From: a virus
Length of the DNA stretch: 64,000 bases
Strand: one strand, 5' to 3'
Virus record (IMG/VR): IMGVR_UViG_3300045988_182734
Span: 1 to 64,000 of that record
The notes beneath the pieces are model-generated. The model had not been told where the DNA came from, did no database searches, and saw nothing but the letters and a program-made list of their open reading frames with translations. The stretch's first letter is position 1. Each line of letters opens with the position of its first letter. Both the position numbers and the translations under genes were made by a program. Of the stretch, positions 29,153 to 38,317 are shown in pieces.

Positions 29153-30168
29153 TGAGCAAGCGGGAGGAACGGCAGGTTTTTGACATGGCAAAACAAGATA
29201 TTCCGTTCTTAAAAGACCTTGAACTTGTTAAGCATGATGACCGTCCTGATTTTGTCTTAAAAGATAAAAATGGACGCATAATAGGATTGGAACACTTCAG
29301 AGCAGATGTTTATCGAGTGGTGGATGAAAGCAATTTCCACGTCAGCGGAGGTCATACCGTTTTAGATAAATCTAAAAATGAAGTATTTCAAAAATATCAT
29401 TCTTTTTCCGTCGATAATACATGGACCGACCAATTATTAGAAAATGCAACAAATGATGTTCTTGAAATTGCCAATGATTCATTGAATATGCAAAGAAATT
29501 ATAAATACGAAGACTTTCTTGACAATTTGCGTGTAGGTATTCATGGAAGACTGCCCAAAGTAAAAGGACATATTCAGAAGAGTCAAAACTATCCGAACAG
29601 AGCAAATTATGATTTAATGGGCTTTTTGATAGAAGTACCAATACCATCTTTTCAATATTACTTTGAAACAACCAGTTCACAAAAGATTTCGCGGGCGAAA
29701 TCGTTGGTTTGTAGATATCCATTAGCTACCGATATTCCAAATCTTCGTGAAATCCTAAGACAATATAATAATGGGTATTCTTATCAGAGAATTGCCGGGC
29801 TTCCAATAACGAATGAGATTTGGAGAGAATTAGACATATTTGATGATATTGATTTTGTCATCATTGAAACTTACAATTTGAAAAATACCTCAAAAAAATT
29901 AGCAGAACATCATGGACAGTATTTTGATAAAAGCACTCCAAAACCGAAGATATATCCCGCTTTTTCTTTTGGACTTACCAACATAACTTCTATGGATACT
30001 TATGCAGAACATAGAGAAGGCAAAATCAATATATTGTTTAATATGCAAGCAAATCAGTCTAAATATGATGTTTCAGCAACGAAAACAATGCTAAAGAATG
30101 AAAGGCGAAAGCTAGACAGAGAAGAAAGAAAACATTTTGATAAAGTTACGAAGGATTTTTGCAAATAA
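29152..30168 (+). CDS. Hypothetical protein linked to the methyltransferase (possible restriction/nuclease partner)
   Basis: Overlapping TAATG junction with the MTase gene. AT-rich. No firm motif. Confidence 0.55.
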   Translation: MSKREERQVFDMAKQDIPFLKDLELVKHDDRPDFVLKDKNGRIIGLEHFRADVYRVVDESNFHVSGGHTVLDKSKNEVFQKYHSFSVDNTWTDQLLENATNDVLEIANDSLNMQRNYKYEDFLDNLRVGIHGRLPKVKGHIQKSQNYPNRANYDLMGFLIEVPIPSFQYYFETTSSQKISRAKSLVCRYPLATDIPNLREILRQYNNGYSYQRIAGLPITNEIWRELDIFDDIDFVIIETYNLKNTSKKLAEHHGQYFDKSTPKPKIYPAFSFGLTNITSMDTYAEHREGKINILFNMQANQSKYDVSATKTMLKNERRKLDREERKHFDKVTKDFCK

Positions 30169-30197
30169 TAAAGATTAACAGAAAGGACTTAATCTAT

Positions 30198-30410
30198 ATG
30201 AAAATTACAGAAACAAAAATCAAGGTATCTGACCTTGTTGAGAACTACAAGGACAATGGCGATGGTGGTGTCTTTGGCTACAATGACCGTCTTACGATTC
30301 GCCCGTCCTTCCAGCGCGAGTTCATTTACGGGGAGAAGCAGCGTGCAGCCGTCATTGATTCCGTAATGAACGGATTCCCGCTGAACGTCATTGGGATATA
30401 TCGAACGTAA
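30198..30410 (+). pseudogene. N-terminal fragment of a DUF262 (ParB-like, GmrSD-type) protein, truncated at 70 aa
   Basis: RPSFQREFIYGEKQRAAVIDSVMNGFPLNVI matches the DUF262 core. Full proteins are more than 300 aa. Confidence 0.45.
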
Positions 30411-30601
30411 CAGACCGATATCTTATGTTCTATAATACACCATGTGAAGATGTTTTTGCATCCGCAGCATAAAGGAGGACTAAATGAAAAGGCTTTTGAA
30501 AATCATCATTTTCGCTATCCTGGCCGGACTTGGTATTTTCTGGTATGCAGAAACTCGAAAGCACCGGACCATGATTCCGCTCGAATTTCGAGGCGAGTGA
30601 G

Positions 30602-30814
30602 ATGCGAAAAGACATCAAAATTGTGCTGGAAACCATCTGGTATCTAATTCTGCCGGTATTTATTTTTGTACTTAACATCAGATACTGGCATGGGTATCTT
30701 GCAAATCCCGGCTGGTCCTTAACTCACCCGTCGTATATCGTTCTCGGATTTGCCTTGAGCGCTGCGTTGTGCCTTGAGATTGTATATATCGACATCAAGT
30801 TCGGGGAAAAATAG
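30602..30814 (+). CDS. Small membrane protein (70 aa)
   Basis: Two hydrophobic helices. AT-rich island. Confidence 0.4.
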   Translation: MRKDIKIVLETIWYLILPVFIFVLNIRYWHGYLANPGWSLTHPSYIVLGFALSAALCLEIVYIDIKFGEK

Positions 30815-30955
30815 CGCTTGCTATATTATTCGAATTCGGTAAAATATAAAATGTAAACAGATACTAAGAACCAGTAGGATTCACAATCTGTATGTTAAGC
30901 GGACTTATCCCATAGCGGGGTAGGTCCGCTTTTTTTTGTTGAAAGGAGAAAAAAC

Positions 30956-32116
30956 ATGAAATTCAAACACAATCCATTTCGGAGCACGGCGGCAATCATC
31001 GCTGCGCTCTTTGCACTCAGCTTCACCGGCTGCGGTCAGAGTCCGATAATCTCGGAATGTCCATCCAGTATCGGGGTTGTCTCGGAAAGCGCTGCAAGCA
31101 GCGAGCAGACAACTGGCGGTTCGGTGGACGGCAGCTTTACGATTCACTTTATAGACGTAGGGCAGGCGGATTCCGCCCTTATCACCTGCGACGGCCACAC
31201 AATGCTTATTGATGGCGGCAATGTCGATGATTCTAACCTCTTATACTCTGTTATGCAGCGAGAAACCGATGGACACCTGGATTATGTCGTTGGGACTCAC
31301 GCGCACGAAGACCACATCGGCGGCTTGTCTGGTGCTTTTGAAGCCGTTACTGCGGACATGACTCTATGCCCTGTGACAGAATACGACAGCAAGGCTTTTC
31401 GGAACTTTGCAAGCCACGCGGAACAAAAAGGCGGAGGCATCACGATACCGGATGTGGGTGAAACCTACACTCTGGGGGAAGCGGAATTCACGATAGTTGG
31501 TGTTAATTCTGTTCCCGATGATACGAACAATGCATCGATTGTTCTGCGCATCGTTTATGGGGATACTTCGTTCCTCTTTACTGGTGATGCTGAACAGGAA
31601 GCCGAAGGTGTGATACTTGCATCGGGACAAGACATTCAGTCAACAGTTCTGAAAGTAGGTCATCACGGCTCAAGCACATCTACCTCAGAGGCTTTTCTGG
31701 ACGCAGTGAATCCGACCTATGCTGTGATTTCCTGTGGGGCAGGGAACAACTATGGCCACCCGCATCAGGAAACACTCGACAAGCTGCAAAACAAGGGTGT
31801 TGAGGTTTATCGCACAGACCTGTTGGGCGATATCTATTGTACCTCGGATGGCAAAGAGGTAAGTTTCACTACCGGAGAATATCATGATGAGAATCGGATT
31901 GAAGCGGGTTCTGCTGCAAATTCCGAGGATGAACAGGACAATGCCTCGCTTGTCATAGAAGAAACATACGTTTTGAACACAAGTACCATGAAGTTTCACA
32001 AACCCGATTGCTCTGTAGTCGAGTCCATGAGTCAAAAGAATAGAATCGACTATATGGGGCCCCGCGATGAGCTCATCCAGGAAGGGTATTCGGCGTGCGG
32101 GATTTGCAAACCATAA
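30956..32116 (+). CDS. Lipoprotein with metallo-beta-lactamase fold (ComEC-C-like) and C-terminal Cys-containing domain
   Basis: RBS AAAGGAG. Lipobox FALSFTGC. Motif VVGTHAHEDHIGGL. C-terminal HKPDC...CGIC. Confidence 0.75.
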   Translation: MKFKHNPFRSTAAIIAALFALSFTGCGQSPIISECPSSIGVVSESAASSEQTTGGSVDGSFTIHFIDVGQADSALITCDGHTMLIDGGNVDDSNLLYSVMQRETDGHLDYVVGTHAHEDHIGGLSGAFEAVTADMTLCPVTEYDSKAFRNFASHAEQKGGGITIPDVGETYTLGEAEFTIVGVNSVPDDTNNASIVLRIVYGDTSFLFTGDAEQEAEGVILASGQDIQSTVLKVGHHGSSTSTSEAFLDAVNPTYAVISCGAGNNYGHPHQETLDKLQNKGVEVYRTDLLGDIYCTSDGKEVSFTTGEYHDENRIEAGSAANSEDEQDNASLVIEETYVLNTSTMKFHKPDCSVVESMSQKNRIDYMGPRDELIQEGYSACGICKP

Positions 32117-32134
32117 AAATTGCACCTGATTTAC

Positions 32135-32274
32135 TCGACAAGCTGTGCGAACTGACTACAATAAAAAATGTACGATAGATAACAAACATCGAAAAAGGCA
32201 TTCTGCCTTTCGTACAATTCACAGTTCTGCAGACATAAGGCAGACTCACCGTCTTGGTGGGCCTGCCTTTTTTG
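32135..32274 (+). promoter_or_regulatory. Promoter + ~100-nt conserved leader + intrinsic terminator, module A
   Basis: TACAAT, then GTACGATAGATAACA, hairpin AAAGGCA/TGCCTTT, CGTACAATTCA, and terminator AGGCAGAC..GGGCCTGCCTTTTTT. Confidence 0.5.
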
Positions 32275-32306
32275 TTTGCGCAACTATAAAAAAGGAGTAT
32301 AACGCA

Positions 32307-33047
32307 ATGTTCAAAATTCACAATGACGAAGTCTATTTCGTCGCCGAAACCCCCGATATCAACAAAGTTATCGAAATCTTCCTACCCAAGGATGACCATG
32401 GCACCATTATGGATTCACACGAAATCCGTGTGGACCTGTGCCGTGCCGTCATTCACATGGAGAAGAAGGGTATCCGTGTCTTGAAGGTCCGCAATATTGA
32501 GGATACCAACAAGGCAAACATCGACGTCTGGCACATGCCGGAATATCAGGAGGCTGCAGAGTCTCCCGCGAGCGATGTGGTCGATGCCTGCATCGAGTCC
32601 AACTTTGATTCCGGCGCAACGTTCAACCTGCCCTGCAAAGCAAACCGCAAGACTCGCGAAGTCTTCGCCATTGAGTGCGGCGCTTGCCCTGACGACGATG
32701 ACACGTTCAGCTATGCAGAGGTTGAAGTTGATGGATGGCACTATCCGGTCAACAACATCACCGACATTATGGAGGAAAACGATGGTGACAGTGCGTTGGA
32801 CGAGCTCTACCGCATCCAGCAGACCGGCGAGTATTGGGAAGCATACGAGGGCAAATCGCTCACGGACGCTATCCATGAATGCCGCTGGGCTATCCTGAAG
32901 GATGCCATCCAGAAGCGCGGACATGAGGCTGTTGCTGATTTTGTCGGGACCGACATTTCCAGTGATGCTTATGACCGCGTGATGGACGAAACCGAAACCC
33001 AGATGCCGGACGAAGAGTTCGAGCGCTTCTGGGAAAAGTACATCTGA
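32307..33047 (+). CDS. Hypothetical acidic protein
   Basis: RBS AAAAGGAG. 246 aa. Confidence 0.65.
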   Translation: MFKIHNDEVYFVAETPDINKVIEIFLPKDDHGTIMDSHEIRVDLCRAVIHMEKKGIRVLKVRNIEDTNKANIDVWHMPEYQEAAESPASDVVDACIESNFDSGATFNLPCKANRKTREVFAIECGACPDDDDTFSYAEVEVDGWHYPVNNITDIMEENDGDSALDELYRIQQTGEYWEAYEGKSLTDAIHECRWAILKDAIQKRGHEAVADFVGTDISSDAYDRVMDETETQMPDEEFERFWEKYI

Positions 33048-33086
33048 CAAAAAACATCTCATACAACAGAAAGGAAGTATACCGCT

Positions 33087-33413
33087 ATGGCTATCAACAA
33101 TGTTAACGAATTTCTCCGCAAGACCTTTTCCAAAACCATCTTCGGCACCCCTGCGCTTCGGCCGATTGCAGTCTGTGCAGACGGCTTCAACCTGTCGATT
33201 CAGGCAAGCAGCATGCACTACTGCAGACCGAGTAAGGACCTGCAGGACGGCGATTACTCCAAGGTCGAGCTCGGCAATCTGTCTGAGACGGTCGAGGAGT
33301 TTCTGCCGTATGCCGAGAACGAAGCCCGTCCGCTATTTACCGTCTATGGGTATGTCCCCGTTGAGACGGTGGATGCAGTGCTTGCCAAGCACGGCGGTAT
33401 CGTCAACGCGTGA
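33087..33413 (+). CDS. Hypothetical protein
   Basis: RBS AAAGGAAG. 108 aa. Confidence 0.6.
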   Translation: MAINNVNEFLRKTFSKTIFGTPALRPIAVCADGFNLSIQASSMHYCRPSKDLQDGDYSKVELGNLSETVEEFLPYAENEARPLFTVYGYVPVETVDAVLAKHGGIVNA

Positions 33414-33430
33414 GGGGAGGGAACTTACGA

Positions 33431-33756
33431 TGGAAGTATTCACTATCGTCGCCAATGAGGTCATTGGCTTATCCGCAACGGAATGCACACTGATTCAGTT
33501 TGGCTACAATCCGAAGCAAATCCGTGACCCCGAAACGGTCCTGCGCAGTGCTGTCAAGGACTATCTCAAGACGGATGAAGGCAAACGACAGCTGGAAATC
33601 AACTGTGGTTGCTGGAACTGGGGCGATGTCGATGACATTCCCGGCTCGTTCTTCTTGAACTATGGTCTGACTAAAATCGCTCCGCCCGATGTGAATGTTG
33701 TCGTTGACCGCAACGAGAGTTTCACGGATGACTACGAGGATTGCGCGGAAGAATAA
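33431..33756 (+). CDS. Hypothetical protein
   Basis: RBS GAGGGGAGGG. 108 aa. Confidence 0.55.
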
Positions 33757-33775
33757 CAGAAAGGGCATGAAATAA

Positions 33776-34516
33776 ATGCGTATTTATGGCGCAAACAACG
33801 TATTCATAGAAGTTACGCGCCGGTGCAATATGTGCTGTGCGCACTGCCTGCGCGGAGATGCCGAAAGCATCGATATTCAGGAGAAGTACATCGATGCTTT
33901 TCTCGACAACTTTGAGAAGGAAGCTTATATCAGCTCTCTTACCTTTACCGGTGGGGAAATCTCTCTGAATATACCGGCAATTCGATACACCTTGAAAGCT
34001 GTCAAAGAGCGCGGTATCGCCGTTGGAAGCTTTTACATGGTCACTAACGGAAAAGCTGTCGATAAGATGGCTGACCTTGCTATGGCGAGTCTGGAGTGGT
34101 GGGCCTACTGCGATGAAAAAGATGACTATATGTGCGGTCTTTGCATCAGCAGTGATAACTTCCACGAAGCAATCCCATATGAAAGTAAAAGTATCCTTAG
34201 TGGCTTGAAATATAACCGTAACGATAAGGTAACGGACTTCCATCTGGCTTATTTACTAAACGAAGGGCGTGCTAAGAATCTCGATTCGAATATCTATAAG
34301 AAGCGTGAACCTCATGTAGACAAGCTCGAATACGAATTCAACAAAACCGGCGATATCTACTTTTACAGCGGCGAGCTGTACTTGAACGCCATCGGTGATG
34401 TCGTTTCCGGCTGCGATTGGTCCTACAAGTCGCAGAAGAAATATCGTTTTGGTAATGTAATGAACAAAAACTGGCTGGAAAACATTTCCAACAGCGAGTT
34501 GTACATAGCAAGCTAA
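33776..34516 (+). CDS. Radical SAM enzyme
   Basis: CNMCCAHC (CX3CX2C cluster motif) near the N-terminus and a TGGE SAM-binding motif. 246 aa. Confidence 0.7.
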   Translation: MRIYGANNVFIEVTRRCNMCCAHCLRGDAESIDIQEKYIDAFLDNFEKEAYISSLTFTGGEISLNIPAIRYTLKAVKERGIAVGSFYMVTNGKAVDKMADLAMASLEWWAYCDEKDDYMCGLCISSDNFHEAIPYESKSILSGLKYNRNDKVTDFHLAYLLNEGRAKNLDSNIYKKREPHVDKLEYEFNKTGDIYFYSGELYLNAIGDVVSGCDWSYKSQKKYRFGNVMNKNWLENISNSELYIAS

Positions 34517-34586
34517 ACCATATCACTTATACATTGCCACCGTTTTCCTACAGAAACGGTGGCTCTTTTAGAAAAGGAGACCACAA

Positions 34587-36020
34587 ATGACTGAAATCAA
34601 AGACATGATTGCACAAATAGGTGCAATGCTGACTAAAAAGGAAGATAAACCGTTTTCCTATGAAGAACTTGCCACAATGTTGAAAACCAGCCCTGATGCC
34701 CTCAAAACCTTTGATGAGGTCTATAAGACGCAGGTTCTTGAAAGCGGAGAGCTGCATGAGAACATGCTCCAGTGGGATACGGCTACAGTCAAAGCAATTC
34801 TCGATAAGAAGGTCTACTTCCCACCGAAACTCAATTCGCTTATTGACCGCATCGTCACCGAACTGGTGCCTGAAACGCGTCTGTACATCTACAATGCGAA
34901 ACGCGGCGGCTATTATGTGACATACTCTGCCAACCGCGATTTTGTGACGGATGTGACGAACAAAGAGCTCAATCGCTACCCGGAGAAACTCCGTCCGCAG
35001 CTTACCGGAAAGTTGATGAAGGTCGATGTTTCGGAACCGTCGTACAAGTCACTGCTTCAGAATTACGCTGAATACAAGAACGCCAAAAACGACCGCATGA
35101 AAATGCTCTACTACAACCTCTTCCGACAGGGCCTTGATATTCTTGACCTTGATGACTTCACTTATCAGATGTTGGAGATGAACCCAATTTCTATGGGTTT
35201 CTGGCTCCCGCCTCTGGTAGAAGGGCTGTACGGTAACAAGTTCTTCAAAGTGCCGGATACGAAGATTCTTCACGTTCCCATCACAATGCTGCAGCTTACC
35301 CGTCTTGGCTTTGAGACTCTGAATCCCGTGACGAAAGAAATCGTGAACCGCTACTGCAAGAAGGTTTTTCATTTGGATGAGCACGGCAACTATTTCATCA
35401 AGACGGGCACATACTCCTCCAAATACGAATTCCGAAACGCTCATATCCACGAGCCTAAGGAAGTCGATGAGATGGGCGAGTATTTCCTGCTCCTAAATCA
35501 TCTGACTTGCTCTATGGCAGCTCCCATGAATAACCGCAGTTTCTACGGCGCAAACACCACCAATGAGTGGGTCGTCAGAGAATATATCAAGGATAAGGAA
35601 AGTAACCCTACTATCTACAACGGTTTGCCACTTCATACCGAATACCGCGTGTTTGTGGACTTTGACACGAAGGAAATCCTTGGCGTGAGTCCCTATTGGC
35701 GCAGCGACGTCATGAAGAATAAGTTCAAGGAAGTAAGCAGTCCTCAGGAGCGTCACGACTATGTCGTCTACCTGATGCACGAAGACGTTTTGAACAAGCG
35801 CTACAATGAGAGCGTTCAGACCGTTCTGAATGAGTTGAAGAAGGTCATCCCGCACGTAGAGCTTTCCGGACAGTGGAGCGTCGATGTGATGCGCAATGGT
35901 GATGACTATTACATCATCGACATGGCTCTTGCTGAACACTCCGCTCTGAACGACTGCGTGCCAAAGAACCTGCTTCGAGCTTATCCGCAGCAGTGGCTGC
36001 CGGGGGAATCGAACAACTAA
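34587..36020 (+). CDS. Putative ATP-grasp-like enzyme (477 aa)
   Basis: RBS AAAAGGAG. C-terminal EYRVFVDF...W and WSVDVMRNGDDYYIIDMA resemble ATP-grasp nucleotide-binding strands. Weak call. Confidence 0.5.
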   Translation: MTEIKDMIAQIGAMLTKKEDKPFSYEELATMLKTSPDALKTFDEVYKTQVLESGELHENMLQWDTATVKAILDKKVYFPPKLNSLIDRIVTELVPETRLYIYNAKRGGYYVTYSANRDFVTDVTNKELNRYPEKLRPQLTGKLMKVDVSEPSYKSLLQNYAEYKNAKNDRMKMLYYNLFRQGLDILDLDDFTYQMLEMNPISMGFWLPPLVEGLYGNKFFKVPDTKILHVPITMLQLTRLGFETLNPVTKEIVNRYCKKVFHLDEHGNYFIKTGTYSSKYEFRNAHIHEPKEVDEMGEYFLLLNHLTCSMAAPMNNRSFYGANTTNEWVVREYIKDKESNPTIYNGLPLHTEYRVFVDFDTKEILGVSPYWRSDVMKNKFKEVSSPQERHDYVVYLMHEDVLNKRYNESVQTVLNELKKVIPHVELSGQWSVDVMRNGDDYYIIDMALAEHSALNDCVPKNLLRAYPQQWLPGESNN

Positions 36021-36141
36021 TACTCCTAGAACGAAACTTTGATTCGGGTTCTTTCAGCAAAAAGCGTAGGAACCAAAATCATACGAAATGATTGTGTTGA
36101 CACATAAAAACAAGTATAATATATGCAAGGAAGTGATAATA

Positions 36142-36594
36142 ATGGTTCTGTATCATGGCAGCGATGTAATAGTCCGCAACCCTGAGGTCAGAAAAACAAG
36201 GTACGCCAAAGATTTTTCATGGGGATTCTATTGCACTAGCAACTACGAACAAGCCGCTCGCTGGTCAAAAAAAGGCAGGTCTCGTGGTATTGTCAACGTG
36301 TTTGAATATACAGAATCTCCCATGCTAAATATTAAGAAATTCCCCGAAATGAGTGATGAGTGGCTTGATTTTATTGCTATATGTCGCTCGGGCAAACATC
36401 ATGACTATGATATTGTGGAAGGACCCATGGCGGATGACACCATTTGGAACTACGTCAACGACTTTCTAAGCGGTGATATTAGCCGTGAAGCTTTTTGGGC
36501 GTTGGCAAAATTCAAGCATCCCACGCATCAAATCAGCTTTCACACGGAAGTCGCTTTGAAATGTCTCTCTTTTAAGGAGGCGATTGAAGTATGA
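36142..36594 (+). CDS. DUF3990 family protein
   Basis: MVLYHGS N-terminus. RBS AGGAAG. Confidence 0.6.
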   Translation: MVLYHGSDVIVRNPEVRKTRYAKDFSWGFYCTSNYEQAARWSKKGRSRGIVNVFEYTESPMLNIKKFPEMSDEWLDFIAICRSGKHHDYDIVEGPMADDTIWNYVNDFLSGDISREAFWALAKFKHPTHQISFHTEVALKCLSFKEAIEV

Positions 36595-37040
36595 CTGAAA
36601 CTGCAACCTACAGCAAAAACGATGTCTTTTATACCTGCAGCCTGATTGAATATATCGGCCGCGTTACGAAGAATCATCGCAAGGATGTGGTTTCTGCTCT
36701 TGGCACAAACGGAGTCAAGGCAATTCTCGACTCAGCGGATGTGTTTCACTGCCAGAGCTTTGAGCAATCTGCCGATGAAATTTGTGAGCTTTTTCCTGTG
36801 CCGGAAGGAACGTATGATACGGTGTCTAACTGCCACTACAAGGTTCCATCTTATACAGATATCGGAAAAGTGTACCAGCGCATCATCTTTGACTGTACTA
36901 GCACTCCTGGTGTCCAGGATGTAATTGATGTATTTTCCTCGTTCATTAGCGATGACATCTCAGATTTTAATACTGCAACTTACTATTGTAATCCGAGCTA
37001 TTTGTACCACTCATACAAGGCCGGAAAACTACTGGATTGA
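36591..37040 (+). CDS. DUF3791 family protein (usual partner of DUF3990)
   Basis: ATGA overlap with the upstream gene. Conserved DUF3990-DUF3791 gene pair. Confidence 0.55.
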   Translation: MTETATYSKNDVFYTCSLIEYIGRVTKNHRKDVVSALGTNGVKAILDSADVFHCQSFEQSADEICELFPVPEGTYDTVSNCHYKVPSYTDIGKVYQRIIFDCTSTPGVQDVIDVFSSFISDDISDFNTATYYCNPSYLYHSYKAGKLLD

Positions 37041-37137
37041 TTTTCAAAAGCAATAGCAATCGAGACCACTGCCCCGAAAAGGGTAGTGGTCTTGTTTTTT
37101 GCACAATACTTACCATAAATTACCAGAAAGAAAAACA

Positions 37138-37165
37138 TTGTGTATCTGTGCGAATTGCATATAAT
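37138..37165 (+). promoter_or_regulatory. Conserved-family promoter (TTGTGT-16-TATAAT)
   Basis: Spacer ATCTGTGCGAATTGCA. Confidence 0.5.
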
Positions 37166-37277
37166 ACAAAATATAGAACGAAAGGCATCAAAAAACATCG
37201 TTGGTCGGGCAAAATCCGACCGAAAGGCTAGGGCGGGCTCAGTTTTGAACCTGCTCTTTCTTTTTATCGGAGGCTTT

Positions 37278-37805
37278 ATGTCAAACAAAGAAGAACGCAT
37301 GAACCGCAATAAAAGCATCATCGAAGATTACAAAAATGGAAAGTCGATTTTGGAAATCGCGAGGGAATACAATCTTTCAGAAACAATGTGCTACAAGATT
37401 CTAAAAGGCACGCAGGAGCCGCCTCGTTGTTTTGAAAAAAAGAGGAAGAGACTTACCACTCGAAATGAGCAAATTGTTAAACAGTATAAAGGCGGTATGA
37501 CGGCCAGAGAATTGGGCAAGATGTACGGCATTTCCATGCAGCGTATTTATGCAATCTTGCATTCGAGCGGAGAGTACGAAAGCCAAAAATACAATCATAT
37601 TGAAACGGCTCTCAAAAAAGAGAAAAAGATGCGGAACCAAACTTTTCTTGATGCTTACAAGAAAAATCCTCAAAAATCGATTATCGAGTTGAGCAGGGAG
37701 GTAAATATCAGCCCTTCACTAGGTTACCTTATCCTTCATCAAAATGGGATTTACCAGTATAACGTAAAAGCCAGAGCTAAGGAGAATAGCGAAAATGCCG
37801 ATTAA
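37278..37805 (+). CDS. Tandem-HTH-repeat protein (3 units)
   Basis: RBS GGAGG. Repeats IEDYKNGKSILEIAREYNLSETMCYKIL. Upstream part of the ORF overlaps the promoter. Confidence 0.65.
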   Translation: MSNKEERMNRNKSIIEDYKNGKSILEIAREYNLSETMCYKILKGTQEPPRCFEKKRKRLTTRNEQIVKQYKGGMTARELGKMYGISMQRIYAILHSSGEYESQKYNHIETALKKEKKMRNQTFLDAYKKNPQKSIIELSREVNISPSLGYLILHQNGIYQYNVKARAKENSENAD

Positions 37806-38313
37806 CAAGATTACCCACGTGTGTCTAACTCATGACAAAGTCAGAGCACGAAATGAAAAGATGCTGGAGGATGCCAAGAACGGTATGTCCCAGGAACAGC
37901 TGGCTGAAAAGTATCAAATCTGTGTTTCTACTGTCCGATATAGTCTGAAGGACTTTTACGAAGAACGGGCCCGGCAGAGGAAAGCAAAAAAGGAAGTCTG
38001 GCAAACCCAGATGATTCACGAATATGAGATGGGCGCGAAATCTCCGGAGCTTCAGGAAAAATACGGCATCAGTGGAACGCTCTTTTATCGGATTCTTCAT
38101 GCGCACGGAAAGAATGGCCGACAAATCCACAGCCAAAACCGTATCGAGACTGGCAAGAAAAGAAACGCCGAGATGGTCAGGAAATACAAAAACGGCGTTT
38201 CTGTCAAAGAGCTTGCGGAAGAATACGGGCTCAAAAAGGGAAGCGTATATCGCGCCATGAAGCGGTATAGTCCAGGCCCAGGGAAAAGTAAAAGTTGTCA
38301 AAGTGAGGAATAA
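37795..38313 (+). CDS. Tandem-HTH-repeat protein (3 units)
   Basis: RBS AGGAG. Overlaps the previous stop. Repeats EDAKNGMSQEQLAEKYQICVSTVRYSL. Confidence 0.65.
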   Translation: MPINKITHVCLTHDKVRARNEKMLEDAKNGMSQEQLAEKYQICVSTVRYSLKDFYEERARQRKAKKEVWQTQMIHEYEMGAKSPELQEKYGISGTLFYRILHAHGKNGRQIHSQNRIETGKKRNAEMVRKYKNGVSVKELAEEYGLKKGSVYRAMKRYSPGPGKSKSCQSEE

Positions 38314-38317
38314 TTGC

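Noticed and set aside
37140-37277. First 46 codons of ORF 37140..37805 (GTG start)
   Set aside because: It overlaps the conserved promoter, so it would be untranscribed or 5' UTR. The internal ATG with GGAGG RBS at 37278 is preferred.
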